NCBI GenBank assembly: GCA_045633405.1
Contig: JAZQYD010000079.1
Location: 456 to 64,455 of the forward strand
Direction: 5' to 3'
DNA: 64,000 bases
From: Eubacteriales bacterium
GTDB lineage: Bacteria; Bacillota; Clostridia; Oscillospirales; CAG-272
The translations under genes were made by a program, and so were the position numbers. How positions within the stretch are numbered: position 1 is the first letter of the stretch; the number at the start of each line of letters is the position of its first letter. Below are positions 28,333-38,590 of the stretch, one piece after another. The notes beneath the pieces are model-generated. The model was not told where the DNA came from. It made no database searches and saw only the letters and a list, made by a program, of their open reading frames with translations.

Positions 28333-29796
28333 TCAGTCAATATCATTCCTTACTTTCTCAAACGTCTCAAGCGTGATGGGATATGCATCAGGGGCGTCCA
28401 TCTCAAAGACGAAGGGTGCCTTCGTTAGTTTACCGTCCTCCCACATTTTGAAGAAGGATGCATAGCTGATGAGACTGCCGTACACGTCGGTGATGGCAGT
28501 ATGATTCGAGAATTTCTCCATGCCCCACTGAACCTGATGAATGTGATAGCCGACGGTATAACCGCCAACCTCGCTGTACCACGCACCAACCTGGTACCTT
28601 TGGCTGAAGGGTGCGTTGTTTCTCGCATGGCCAACGTCGAGATTGATACCGACTCTTTGGCGTGTATGCTTTGCCAACTCATTCATAAATTGAATACACT
28701 CGGGAGGGGTGTAGCCGAATCTGCGGCTCTCGTCCGCTGACTCCCCCGCCGTCATATGCATATTTTCAACACCCACCGAGACGTCTCCCTTTATTCTGTC
28801 AAGTGCATTGCCGAGAGTCTTGGCAATGGCAGGGAGACAGTTTTCATCCTCCGTCACCGTCTTAACCGATACACGGGGTACGTGCTGAGTAAATCTGTCG
28901 GCAGATAAAAGATCCGCAAGATACAGAAGCCTGTCAAGCTGAAGAGCGGTTTTAACCTCACCGTCCTCATAGCCTACGTCGGGCAGATGTATCGAGAGAT
29001 GCTCTCCTCCCGCACGTCTCCACTCGGATATGAGCGTCAGGAGCTCTCCGTCATCCATCGACGCGATATTCGGACGAAGCTCAAGGTAGCGAATGCCCCT
29101 TGACGCCGCGAATTTAATATGCTCACTCGGTCTATACGCCGATATGCCTATGTAGTCGTAAATATCCTTAGGCACGGGGCAGGAGTAGTGCTCCCTCTCG
29201 ATAACACCCGTATCCGTGTCAAAATAAGTGATACAAGGGCACTCACCGATAGCCTTGTCGGGATCAAGTGCCTGAAGGCTGATCAGGCTGTCCCTCACGT
29301 AGAAGAGATGTGCGTGAGCGAAGAAGACACGTGTAGAGGGATGAGTCCTTACGAATTCTCGGAGCCTTTCGTCAGTATCCCCCTTATGCGATCCGATTGG
29401 GTGATGCATGAACATAATATCCCCATCCCCTGCTCCGTCAAGCAGTCGGAAGGTCCCGTCATCTATATAGCCCGTGGAATCGTTTACTGCGTATACTGTA
29501 ACGTCACCGTATCTGTTAACGGTCTCCGAGGCAGTACGTGAGAGCTCCTCACGTGATTTCTCATCCCTCATATCCGAGTTTCCGGGGATATAGAGATAAT
29601 CGAGTCCCGACCCGTCCATCGCAGAGAGAAAATCAAAATACACTTCCCTATTGCCGTCAGAGGTCACGTCTCCTGCATATACTGCGAGGTCGCAGCCCGA
29701 CTCCTTCATATTCGATATAGCCCATTCAAGTGCAGGATACTGCGGTGCCCCCTTCACGGTAGGCAAATGCAGATCACAGAAAAAACAAATCCTCAT
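28333..29796 (-). CDS. Fusion of a calcineurin-like metallophosphoesterase and a xylose-isomerase/AP-endonuclease-2-like TIM barrel
   Basis: N-half: DLH, GD, GNSD, HHP, AHAH. C-half: ENM, LDVGH, HIH, NH, FE. Confidence 0.7.
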   Translation of the reverse strand: MRICFFCDLHLPTVKGAPQYPALEWAISNMKESGCDLAVYAGDVTSDGNREVYFDFLSAMDGSGLDYLYIPGNSDMRDEKSREELSRTASETVNRYGDVTVYAVNDSTGYIDDGTFRLLDGAGDGDIMFMHHPIGSHKGDTDERLREFVRTHPSTRVFFAHAHLFYVRDSLISLQALDPDKAIGECPCITYFDTDTGVIEREHYSCPVPKDIYDYIGISAYRPSEHIKFAASRGIRYLELRPNIASMDDGELLTLISEWRRAGGEHLSIHLPDVGYEDGEVKTALQLDRLLYLADLLSADRFTQHVPRVSVKTVTEDENCLPAIAKTLGNALDRIKGDVSVGVENMHMTAGESADESRRFGYTPPECIQFMNELAKHTRQRVGINLDVGHARNNAPFSQRYQVGAWYSEVGGYTVGYHIHQVQWGMEKFSNHTAITDVYGSLISYASFFKMWEDGKLTKAPFVFEMDAPDAYPITLETFEKVRNDID

Positions 29797-29943
29797 GCCA
29801 CGCCACTCCTTACTACGTAGAATTATAGCACCCCTTCCGATAATTTTCAAGCGGGATAAATTTATTTTATAAAATATCTTGAATTTTTCTCTCTTTGTGC
29901 TATAATTTTTTCATAAGATTATCACCCAAAAAAGGAGTATAGA

Positions 29944-31008
29944 ATGGATACTTACAGAATAGCAGTGATCGCAGGTGACGGCATAGGCCCCGAGGTTATA
30001 AGCGAGGGAGTTAAGGTTCTCGAGCACGTAGCGGAACTTGACGGCACCTTCAAATTTGATTTTACCTACTTCCCCTGGGGATGCGAATATTATAAGGAAA
30101 CCGGCAGAATGATGGCCGAAGGAGGCATCGAGACCCTCTCGGGCTTTGATGCAATATTCCTCGGTGCGGTTGGTGCCCCCGGCGTACCCGACCACATATC
30201 CCTCTGGGATCTTCTGCTTATCATAAGAAAGAAGTTCGATCAGTACGTTAACTTAAGACCCGTCAAGCTTCTTAAGGGAGCTCCCACACCTCTTTCCAAC
30301 GTCAGAAGAGAGGACGTAAACATGACCTTCGTCAGAGAGAATACCGAGGGCGAGTATGCAGGAAGCGGAAGCTGGCTCTATAAGGATCAGCCGAACGAGG
30401 TCGTTATACAGAACGGTGTATTCTCACGCCGCGGCTGTGAGAGAGTTATCAGATATGCCTATGAGCTCGCACGCAAGGAGGGTAAGACACTCACCAGCAT
30501 CAGTAAGGGCAACGCACTCAACTACTCCATGGTATTTTGGGATCAGATATTCTCGGAGGTCGGACGTGACTACCCTGACGTTAAGACGTATTCCTATCTC
30601 GTTGATGCGGCGGCTATGTTTATGATCAAGGATCCTAAAAGATTCGAGATCGTCGTAACCTCCAACCTCTTCGGCGATATTCTCACCGACCTCGGTGCGG
30701 CTATCTCGGGCGGTATGGGTCTCGCCGCAGGTGCGAACGTCAACCCCGAGCGTAAATTCCCCTCTATGTTCGAGCCCATCCACGGCTCCGCCCCCGACAT
30801 TGCAGGAAAGGGCATCGCCAACCCCCTCGCAACCGTCTGGTCCGCAAGCCAGCTCCTCGACTTCTTCGGTAAAGAGGAGTGGGGCAAGAGACTCATCGAG
30901 TGCATCGAGGAGGTTCTTACCGAGAAGAAGACCCTGACTCCCGATCTCGGCGGAACTGCATCGACCTCCGAGGTAGGCGATGAGATCGTCCGCAAGCTCA
31001 GAAGATAA
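29944..31008 (+). CDS. Tartrate/D-malate dehydrogenase (beta-decarboxylating dehydrogenase family)
   Basis: GDGIGPEV, VPDHISLW, RENTEGEY, NLFGDILTD, EPIHGSAPDIAG. Confidence 0.85.
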   Translation: MDTYRIAVIAGDGIGPEVISEGVKVLEHVAELDGTFKFDFTYFPWGCEYYKETGRMMAEGGIETLSGFDAIFLGAVGAPGVPDHISLWDLLLIIRKKFDQYVNLRPVKLLKGAPTPLSNVRREDVNMTFVRENTEGEYAGSGSWLYKDQPNEVVIQNGVFSRRGCERVIRYAYELARKEGKTLTSISKGNALNYSMVFWDQIFSEVGRDYPDVKTYSYLVDAAAMFMIKDPKRFEIVVTSNLFGDILTDLGAAISGGMGLAAGANVNPERKFPSMFEPIHGSAPDIAGKGIANPLATVWSASQLLDFFGKEEWGKRLIECIEEVLTEKKTLTPDLGGTASTSEVGDEIVRKLRR

Positions 31009-31067
31009 AGGGTGTCACAAGCCCCTAAGCATGCATATATTGTCAAAAAGAAGGATGAAGAAAAATA

Positions 31068-31097
31068 TTGACAAAAAATATATGCGTGTGCTATACT
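31068..31097 (+). promoter_or_regulatory. sigma-A promoter of the acidic orphan
   Basis: TTGACA-18-TATACT with a TG extension. Confidence 0.65.
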
Positions 31098-31161
31098 CTT
31101 ATTGCAAATTTTAAAAGACAATATCAAACCACAAATTTTACCAAGGAAGGACCCTTAATTT

Positions 31162-31596
31162 ATGACACTTTGTGAAGAGCTTTACTTCGAGATCACACTT
31201 ACAGGCACCAAGGCTGAGCTTAAAAAGTTCGTATCATTTCTCCGCTCGGGCGAGATAGACGAATTTTTTGAGATGACCTCCGACTATATCAACTACGATG
31301 ACGGATACGAGACGGCAGGCGACTCGGAGGAATCCTCGATAATCTTCACCAATGACGATCTCGGCATAGAGATCGATGAATTTGACACAGACGAATTTCT
31401 TGAGCTTATCTGCAAGGCCGGAAAGGCTCTTGAGATCGAGGGCAGACTCTACGATATAGATGACGAGGAGTATTCCTTCGTCAGCACTAAGGGAGACTCC
31501 TACTACCTCAACGCAGCACACGTCACCCGCTTCAATGACGAGCTTGACGAGCACGCATACGAGGAGGAGAAGAACGAGGACTCCGACGAGGATTGA
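31162..31596 (+). CDS. Hypothetical highly acidic protein
   Basis: Own promoter, RBS and terminator, host-like codons. About 44 of 144 residues are D/E. Confidence 0.8.
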   Translation: MTLCEELYFEITLTGTKAELKKFVSFLRSGEIDEFFEMTSDYINYDDGYETAGDSEESSIIFTNDDLGIEIDEFDTDEFLELICKAGKALEIEGRLYDIDDEEYSFVSTKGDSYYLNAAHVTRFNDELDEHAYEEEKNEDSDED

Positions 31597-31615
31597 TCCT
31601 CGGGGTAAATACGGT

Positions 31616-31643
31616 AAAAAAGGACGGGAATCCCGTCCTTTTT
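31616..31643. terminator. Bidirectional terminator
   Basis: AAAAAGGACGGGA-ATCCCGTCCTTTTT. Confidence 0.8.
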
Positions 31644-31649
31644 CGTTTT

Positions 31650-34052
31650 TTATTTTATCGCACGTATTCTCGTCACGCTCACCGTCATATCGTCGGAGGA
31701 GTCGGTGTTTTCTCTCGCACCGTCGAGAATTCGGAGGGCAAGCTCCTTCACGTCGGCATCCTTCACTGATGAGAGCATAGTATAAAGCCAGGGAGAGTCC
31801 TCCATATTCTGACTGACGCCGTCAGATAGCATTATCACGTAATCACCGTCCGAGACGTCAACCTTGACCGCCTCGGAGTCAAGCTCACGCATAAGTCCCA
31901 GTGGTGCTGTGTGAGAACGGATGCGGAAGAGTGAGTCACCCCTCTTGACGTATGAGGCGGCGGCACCGCTTTTTATGAACGCACCCTTGCCCGTAACGAG
32001 GTCTAAAGAAAAGAGATCAACCGTCACCGAGCACTCGTCCCCTCTGCCAGAAATCATATGGTTGAGCATTGCGAGGAGAGTCTCTGAGAAAGGCAGAAGT
32101 TCAAGAGTCCTCGAGAGAATATCTGCCGCGAGCTCGGATATCTCCTTTGCTTCCCTTCCACTGCCCATGCCGTCGCATATGACCGTGTAAAACCTTCCGT
32201 CCGCACTCTCGGTCGCTCGGTGAGTATCTCCCGATATTTTATCACGCGAGCCTACCCGTGAGACGGAAGCACACTCGGCAAGAAGCTTCTTCCCCGCCCT
32301 CGCCTCAAAGAGTGCCGTGGTGCCGTTTTTATAATACTCCACTCCCTCGAGCCTTACCGAGAGGAGCTCTTCTATTCTCTTTTTCAGATCGGCATTCTTT
32401 ATTTTTTCTCCGCTTTCGTCCTCGCAGGCTATTAGGAAGCAGGGTCTTCTGACTCCGTACACTCTCGCATCGTACGAGACGAGCCCTAACTCCCCCGCCA
32501 TCTCACGCACTCTCGCCGTGAGGGTCTCGTTTACCGCCTTCTCCTTCTCATCCCCCGAGCGAGCCTCCGCTATAAGAGATGATATCAGCGACATATCCTC
32601 GGCCGACGTGTTTCTTTTATACCTACGGTATTTCTCCTCGGCGAGCAGGGCAACCGCACGGTTTATAGATTCCGCAAGCCCCGCAAGAAGAGGGGACTCC
32701 TCCCCGCCCGCGGCAAGATCGGAGGCGGTTAAGGGAGTGCCTGCCGACATTCGCTCAGCACATTTATCTCGCACGTGCTCGGGTATGGCAAGCCCATCTC
32801 CCGCCTGACTCGGAGTAAGCATATAATTTTCAATACACTCGTCTATCACCTCGCGTATCTCCGAGACTCCCGGGTGCGAGTGCCTTTCGTTCCCCTCTTT
32901 TATGATACCCGAGAGCACAGACAGAGACGCCTCGAGTGCATCAAGACTGCCCGTGTATCGGTTTTTGTAGGAGAGAGAGGCAAGACCCAAAAGCTCAGAT
33001 GCCCCGCCCTTCACCCCTCTCTCCTCCTCGCTCACCGTTCTGTCATAGGATATTCTCGATATAATAGGCATCGAGAGAAGTGCGGATATAGCATACTCGG
33101 GGAGGGTTGTCAGAAATCCGCCGACTCCGCCGGTATAAGCACACCACGCACACATCACACTGCCGCCTATCGTGAGGGCGTAGAGCGGGCCTATCGGGAA
33201 GAGCACCCCCGCCACAAGTCCGAGGAGGGCAAACGCCACAGAATACACTCCCGAAAGACCGAAGCTCGCCGCAAACCCCACCGCCATGGCGGGCACAGAG
33301 CCAAACCGTCTGGCAGTGACTACGGTGACAAGTGCCGCCGCAATATACGAAAGATTGATACCGAAAATAATATATTCCGCAAGTGCTACCGAGACAAGGA
33401 AAACGAGAATAAGAGCTGATATTTCGAAGAAAACAAGCGAATATCTCTCCCTATCGCACCTGCCCCTCAGGCTAAGAAGATCATCATCCGAGAAAAGGAG
33501 ACTCCGCACGTCATATCCCGAGTCAAGGCACCCCGACAGCATAAAGCACACAAGAGGGGACGCCAGTATCATAGACGCCCCGAACAGCACCGTGGTCAGG
33601 GTAAATCCCGAGAGAAGCACCTCGTATATCGCTCCTACGAATCCGCCTATGAGAGATACGCACATCCGAAGGAGAAGGTTTTCACGGAAGAGAGTCCCCT
33701 CGCCGTCGCCCTCAGAGACTATCATACGGAGGAACACCACTATGAGGGTTATCATAGCGTAGATTATTCCCGCCTTGCCGAGAGAGAGTGCTCCAATCAC
33801 CGAGCCTATCGCACACGTAAATACACGTGACGGCAGAGCCGCCACCAAGGCTATCGACAAGGGATGTGCACCGAATATCACGTGACGTCTCGCAAACACA
33901 AGCCCGATAGCAAACACAAGAAGATCAAGGACTGCCTCAAGCTTGTCCCTCCTTCGTCTCTCGGCGGAGCGTGCGACAAGCCTCCTCACCTTCGGTATGA
34001 TCCCTTTTTCCTTAACTCTTCCCTCTTCGGGTCTTCCGCCTATTTTTTCCAT
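31650..34052 (-). CDS. spoIIE: Stage II sporulation protein E (membrane PP2C phosphatase)
   Basis: Many N-terminal TM helices. PP2C motifs ICDGMGSG, TVDL, LSDGV, DDMTV. Confidence 0.85.
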   Translation of the reverse strand: MEKIGGRPEEGRVKEKGIIPKVRRLVARSAERRRRDKLEAVLDLLVFAIGLVFARRHVIFGAHPLSIALVAALPSRVFTCAIGSVIGALSLGKAGIIYAMITLIVVFLRMIVSEGDGEGTLFRENLLLRMCVSLIGGFVGAIYEVLLSGFTLTTVLFGASMILASPLVCFMLSGCLDSGYDVRSLLFSDDDLLSLRGRCDRERYSLVFFEISALILVFLVSVALAEYIIFGINLSYIAAALVTVVTARRFGSVPAMAVGFAASFGLSGVYSVAFALLGLVAGVLFPIGPLYALTIGGSVMCAWCAYTGGVGGFLTTLPEYAISALLSMPIISRISYDRTVSEEERGVKGGASELLGLASLSYKNRYTGSLDALEASLSVLSGIIKEGNERHSHPGVSEIREVIDECIENYMLTPSQAGDGLAIPEHVRDKCAERMSAGTPLTASDLAAGGEESPLLAGLAESINRAVALLAEEKYRRYKRNTSAEDMSLISSLIAEARSGDEKEKAVNETLTARVREMAGELGLVSYDARVYGVRRPCFLIACEDESGEKIKNADLKKRIEELLSVRLEGVEYYKNGTTALFEARAGKKLLAECASVSRVGSRDKISGDTHRATESADGRFYTVICDGMGSGREAKEISELAADILSRTLELLPFSETLLAMLNHMISGRGDECSVTVDLFSLDLVTGKGAFIKSGAAASYVKRGDSLFRIRSHTAPLGLMRELDSEAVKVDVSDGDYVIMLSDGVSQNMEDSPWLYTMLSSVKDADVKELALRILDGARENTDSSDDMTVSVTRIRAIK

Positions 34053-34139
34053 AAAAGCCTCACAAAAGATTTTTTATTTCATTCTAAACCAACCGAGGCT
34101 GAGAAAATCATCGCATTCCGCCGTCAAACAGTATATTTT

Positions 34140-34146
34140 TTCGTCA
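34140..34146 (-). promoter_or_regulatory. Spo0A box upstream of spoIIE
   Basis: TGACGAA matches TGNCGAA, about 90 nt upstream of the ATG. Degenerate copies lie nearby. Confidence 0.55.
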
Positions 34147-34254
34147 GAGACAGGGCGTTTGCCCCGCCCCGTGTATAAAAAAAGACGCCACCGTCGTCTT
34201 TTGTCGGCATATGCGATAATTTTATTCATCGTGTGTTTACATTGAATTAACAGA

Positions 34255-34279
34255 AAAAAGGCTCCCCGGTCGGGGAGCC
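34255..34279 (-). terminator. Intrinsic terminator after the rlmL-like gene
   Basis: GGCTCCCC-GACC-GGGGAGCC-TTTTTT on the minus strand. Confidence 0.8.
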
Positions 34280-34308
34280 GTCTCGGTATTATCCGTTTTT
34301 CCGAAAAG

Positions 34309-35424
34309 TCAATTCTTGAAGAACTGATAAAGATAGCACGGAAGCATACCGTTATACAGCTTCTTCACCTTATCCGCCCTTCTGCCGTAGAGTCTCTCGA
34401 AGCCCTCGTGCGAGGTTATGACGTATACCTGCCAGGGAGAAAGCGAGCGGAAATGTCTGCCTATATCCTTATAGAGGCTCTCAACCTCCGAGATCGAGCC
34501 GAGTCTCTCGCCGTAGGGAGGGTTCGTGACTATCGTGCCGCGTCTGCCCTCAGCCCTGATGTGTCTTGCATCCTTCTCAAAGACACGCATTGAATTAAGC
34601 ACGCCCGCACGGTATGCGTTATTCTTCGTCAGCTCGACGCATTCGGGATCGATATCGGTAGCGAAGACCTCAAACTCGGAAGGGGTAATCCTCTCGTGTG
34701 CCTCCTCACGGGCATCAGCCCACAGGCGTGTATCAATAAAGGGATATTGCTCGGCGGCAAAATGACGCTTCATACCGGGAGCAATGCTTCTCATAAGCAT
34801 AGCAGCCTCGATCGCTATCGTACCCGAGCCGCACATGGGATCCCACATCAAAACGTTGTCCCTCGGTCTTGAGGTAGCGGCAATAGCCGCGGCGAGCGTC
34901 TCACGGATGGGAGCGAGATTCGACTCCCTTCTGTATCCTCTCTTGTGAAGCGGTACACCCGAGGTGTCTATCATAAGAGTCGCCTCGTCCTTGAAGATGA
35001 AGAACTCGATCTGATACTTAATTCCCTCCTCGGGGAAGTATGCGATACCGTATTTCTCCGACATCTCCTTTACCACCGCCCTCTTGACGATCGCCTGACA
35101 GTCGGGTATGGAGTGAAGATTCGACTTTATCGAATGACCCTTTACGGGAAACGAATCGTTTTTGCCGATAAATTCATGCCACGGCAACGCCCTGGTGCCC
35201 TCAAAGAGCTCGTCAAAGGTCGATGCGGGGAATGAGCCGAGAGAAATATATACTCTCTCCGCATAGCGGAGAAAAACGTTCGAGAGAGCCACGGCCTCCT
35301 CATCACCGATAAAGGTGACTCTGCCGTCAATGGTTTTCACTCTCTCATATCCAAGTGCCTCTATCTCCTCGCCGAGCATATGCTCAAGACCGAAAAGACA
35401 GGTGGCAACAAGCTGAAGCCTCAT
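34309..35424 (-). CDS. rlmL: THUMP-domain rRNA methyltransferase (RlmL/YpsC-like)
   Basis: LHKRGYR, APIRETLAA, DPMCGSGT, NPPYGER. Confidence 0.85.
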   Translation of the reverse strand: MRLQLVATCLFGLEHMLGEEIEALGYERVKTIDGRVTFIGDEEAVALSNVFLRYAERVYISLGSFPASTFDELFEGTRALPWHEFIGKNDSFPVKGHSIKSNLHSIPDCQAIVKRAVVKEMSEKYGIAYFPEEGIKYQIEFFIFKDEATLMIDTSGVPLHKRGYRRESNLAPIRETLAAAIAATSRPRDNVLMWDPMCGSGTIAIEAAMLMRSIAPGMKRHFAAEQYPFIDTRLWADAREEAHERITPSEFEVFATDIDPECVELTKNNAYRAGVLNSMRVFEKDARHIRAEGRRGTIVTNPPYGERLGSISEVESLYKDIGRHFRSLSPWQVYVITSHEGFERLYGRRADKVKKLYNGMLPCYLYQFFKN

Positions 35425-35437
35425 ATTAAGCCTCCGT

Positions 35438-36268
35438 TTATTTTTCGGGAATATAATTTTCGAAGATCACACTGTCGAAGAGCTTGGCTGATGCCGCCTC
35501 CTCCTCGGGACTTCTGACCGTCCATGCAAGCATAACGGGCGAGAAGATCTTCTTAATGAGTCTCAGGCTGAGCTTATCAACAGCCCCCTTCTCATAAGCT
35601 ATAAAGTTAGGACGGAAGAGGAAGTTAGCAAGAAGCCCCTCGAGACATCTGTATACCGCCTGAGTGCGGAATTTCTCGATCGAAGAGTATTTCATAGAGA
35701 GGAATCCGACCATAACGTCGGGGCGTGCCTCTCTCACCGTGCGGAGTGCTGACGGGTTGAAGCTCTCGACTATATAGTCGCCCTCATAGCCCTCAATCTC
35801 CTCAAGAAATCTCTTGGCAACGGCATCCTCGCCGACACCCATTTTGATCTCAATAAGAAGAGGAACCCTTCCGCCTACAAGATCAAGCACCTCACGGAAC
35901 GTGGGCACGTAATCATCCGTATCACCGAGACGCACAAGGCGAAGCTCGTCAACGGTGAGATCAGCCACCTTCTTCTCTACACCCGCAACACGGGTAAGGG
36001 TATCATCGTGGAAAACAACGAGTCTTCCTTCCCGAGAGAGCCTGATATCAAGCTCGATACCGAAGCCCGCTTCGACCGCACGTGCAAAGGCTGTGAGCGA
36101 ATTTTCGCACGCCCCTTCGCCGTGAAGTCCCCTATGGGCGTATTTTGTGCTTTTAAATTTATCCATTCTTCTGTCATAGCGTGCAGGGGCAACGAGATAC
36201 GCCCAAGCTATCACAAGAGCTACAAGAAGAACGGCAAGAATTGCTAAGATTATGATAAGTGCGTCCAT
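35438..36268 (-). CDS. Glycerophosphodiester phosphodiesterase, membrane-anchored
   Basis: AHRG, ENS, IELD, VFHD, IEIK motifs and an N-terminal TM. Confidence 0.9.
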   Translation of the reverse strand: MDALIIILAILAVLLVALVIAWAYLVAPARYDRRMDKFKSTKYAHRGLHGEGACENSLTAFARAVEAGFGIELDIRLSREGRLVVFHDDTLTRVAGVEKKVADLTVDELRLVRLGDTDDYVPTFREVLDLVGGRVPLLIEIKMGVGEDAVAKRFLEEIEGYEGDYIVESFNPSALRTVREARPDVMVGFLSMKYSSIEKFRTQAVYRCLEGLLANFLFRPNFIAYEKGAVDKLSLRLIKKIFSPVMLAWTVRSPEEEAASAKLFDSVIFENYIPEK

Positions 36269-37552
36269 TTAGTCCTCCGCTCCTGCAAGGCTCTCAAGAG
36301 CACCAACTCTCTCGGGCTTCGAGTCACCGTGCTTAACGAATAGCATCGTCACAAAGGAAAGAGCGGTAAATACTGCCGCATAGGGGAAGAATATCCACCA
36401 GTCGAGGCTGTCGATAAGGAAGCCGGAAAGAACGGGTGTGATTATCTGTGCCGCCATGGATGCGGTATAGTAGTAGCCCGTGTACTTACCGACGTCTCCC
36501 GCCTTAGCAAGCTCGACTGCCATGGGGAAGGAATTTACGTTGATCGTTGCCCAGCCAATACCTGCGAGAGCAAAGATCGGGAACATGCTGATCTCACTCT
36601 TGACGTCTGTCAGGAAGATAGCAACCACAAACGCACAGGTAAGCATCGCAATACCTACAAGGATGCTCTTCTTTCTGCCTATCTTCGAGGAGATAATTCC
36701 TACGGGTATGTATGCAATAACCGCGGCTGCCTGAGCCACAATAAGCGTCGTGTTAAAGTCAACCTTGAGCACCTGCTCGGCGTAGACGGAATACTTACTT
36801 GTGACGGCGTTGTAGCCCGTATACCAAAGAGCCACCGATGCGAGAATGAGTATGAGAGACGTAAATTCTCCGCGTGTGAGCTTGCGTCCCTCTCCCGTGA
36901 CCTCTGCCTTCTCCGTAATTCCGTATTTTATGGAGTCCTCCTCCATCTCACGTGCCCACTCGGGCTCCTTAACGAGAATAAGGAAGGCGATAAGTCCAAG
37001 TGCCATAAGGATGCCGATAACCGCAATATAATCGGCAAAATCGGTCTTGCCGACAGCACCGGTCTTGAAAACGATACCGAGCACAAGCACGGAGATTCCT
37101 CCCGCCGTACCCATAAGGTTTATGATCGCATTACCCTTGGATCTCAGCGGCTTGACCGTCACGTCGGGCATAAGAGCCACGGCGGGAGAGCGGAAGATAG
37201 CCATCGAGATAAGAGTCATGAGAAGAACGACTATAAAGAGAATGAGCATGCCGCTGTCTCTGATAAGTCCCAGGCAGGTGAAGAAAACTATCGACAAAAG
37301 CGTACCCGCAATTATAAACGGAGTACGTCTGCCGAGCCTCGACTCCACCTTATCCGACATCGAGCCGAAAAGAGGAAGCATAAAGAGTGCCAGCACGTTG
37401 TCAAGCGACATAATGATACCTGACGGACCCTGCTTCATCTTAAAGAGGTTCGTGAGAATCTTGGGCACGATAGCATCGTATGCACCCCAGAAGGTCATGA
37501 TGATAAAGAAGGCGAATCCGACGAGAATTGTTCTTTTGTAATTGAGCTTCAT
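36269..37552 (-). CDS. MFS transporter (glycoside/maltose-type)
   Basis: About 12 TM helices, GSMSDK...GRRTPF, SSKIGRKK. Confidence 0.88.
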   Translation of the reverse strand: MKLNYKRTILVGFAFFIIMTFWGAYDAIVPKILTNLFKMKQGPSGIIMSLDNVLALFMLPLFGSMSDKVESRLGRRTPFIIAGTLLSIVFFTCLGLIRDSGMLILFIVVLLMTLISMAIFRSPAVALMPDVTVKPLRSKGNAIINLMGTAGGISVLVLGIVFKTGAVGKTDFADYIAVIGILMALGLIAFLILVKEPEWAREMEEDSIKYGITEKAEVTGEGRKLTRGEFTSLILILASVALWYTGYNAVTSKYSVYAEQVLKVDFNTTLIVAQAAAVIAYIPVGIISSKIGRKKSILVGIAMLTCAFVVAIFLTDVKSEISMFPIFALAGIGWATINVNSFPMAVELAKAGDVGKYTGYYYTASMAAQIITPVLSGFLIDSLDWWIFFPYAAVFTALSFVTMLFVKHGDSKPERVGALESLAGAED

Positions 37553-37692
37553 ATTTTCCCCCAAATATTTTTACATCACCTTATATTTTAACACAAGGGA
37601 GTGTTTTTGTCAATCATTCGCGAGTTTCTTTTACGTATGATTGACTTTTTCCGAAAGTTATAGTAGAATATATAAAAAAAGGAGGGTACAGA

Positions 37693-38589
37693 ATGAAAAC
37701 AGTATATTATAAGCCGAATACAAGACCTGTTTGCGACAGCCTTACCTGTGCTCTCGGATTTTTCGACGGAGTGCACCTTGGACACCGTCACCTCATAGCG
37801 GAGTGCGTGAGGATAGCAGGAGAAACGGGCACTGCATCCGCAGTCTTCACCTTCTCGTCCGAGGGCGGACTTCTCAAGGGAGGCGTGCCGAGGCTCTACA
37901 CCACCGAGGAGAAGCTCTCGATTATAGAGTCTCTCGGAGTAGACTATGCCATAGTGGCAGATTTTTCATCCCTCTCGGGATATTCCCCCGAGGCATTTGT
38001 CAAGGATATTTTAGTCGGTGACCTGAATACCGTAACAGCTCTTTCGGGCGAGGGCTTCCGCTTCGGTGCGGGGGCTAGGGGAGATGCAGGTCTTCTCTCC
38101 TCTCTTTTCTCATCGCTCGGCAGACGTGCACTCACCGTCCGAGACGTCAGATATATGGATAAGACCGTGTCCTCCACCGCTATAAGAGAGGCCCTCTCGG
38201 AAGGACGGACAGAATATGCGGGCGAGCTTCTCGCATCCCCCTACTTCAAGCGAGGCGAGGTCAGACGCGGTCTCGGTCTCGGACACCTCCACGGCTTTCC
38301 TACGGTAAATACAGACATCTCCCCCGACAATCCCCTTCTCGGCGGTGTGTACCTTACCGAGCTCGCAGTGGATGGGGCGACCTATAAGGCACTCACAAAC
38401 GTGGGCACCTGTCCTACCTTCGGTGAGAGGGAGAGACACGCAGAGACTATGATAATGGACTTTTCGGGCGACCTCTACGGTCACACGGTGGATATTAGAT
38501 TTCTTAAATATCTGCGTCCCGAGACGCACTATTCATCGGCGGCGGAGCTCGCCGAGCAAATCAAAAAGGATATGGAGGCTACAAGATAA
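37693..38589 (+). CDS. ribF: Bifunctional riboflavin kinase/FAD synthetase
   Basis: GFFDGVHLGH, FRFG, VSSTAIR, GFPTVN, NVGTCPT. Confidence 0.93.
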   Translation: MKTVYYKPNTRPVCDSLTCALGFFDGVHLGHRHLIAECVRIAGETGTASAVFTFSSEGGLLKGGVPRLYTTEEKLSIIESLGVDYAIVADFSSLSGYSPEAFVKDILVGDLNTVTALSGEGFRFGAGARGDAGLLSSLFSSLGRRALTVRDVRYMDKTVSSTAIREALSEGRTEYAGELLASPYFKRGEVRRGLGLGHLHGFPTVNTDISPDNPLLGGVYLTELAVDGATYKALTNVGTCPTFGERERHAETMIMDFSGDLYGHTVDIRFLKYLRPETHYSSAAELAEQIKKDMEATR

Positions 38590-38590
38590 A

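Noticed and set aside
29944-31008. leuB or icd
   Set aside because: The VPDHISLW segment matches the tartrate/D-malate subfamily and there are no leu neighbours.
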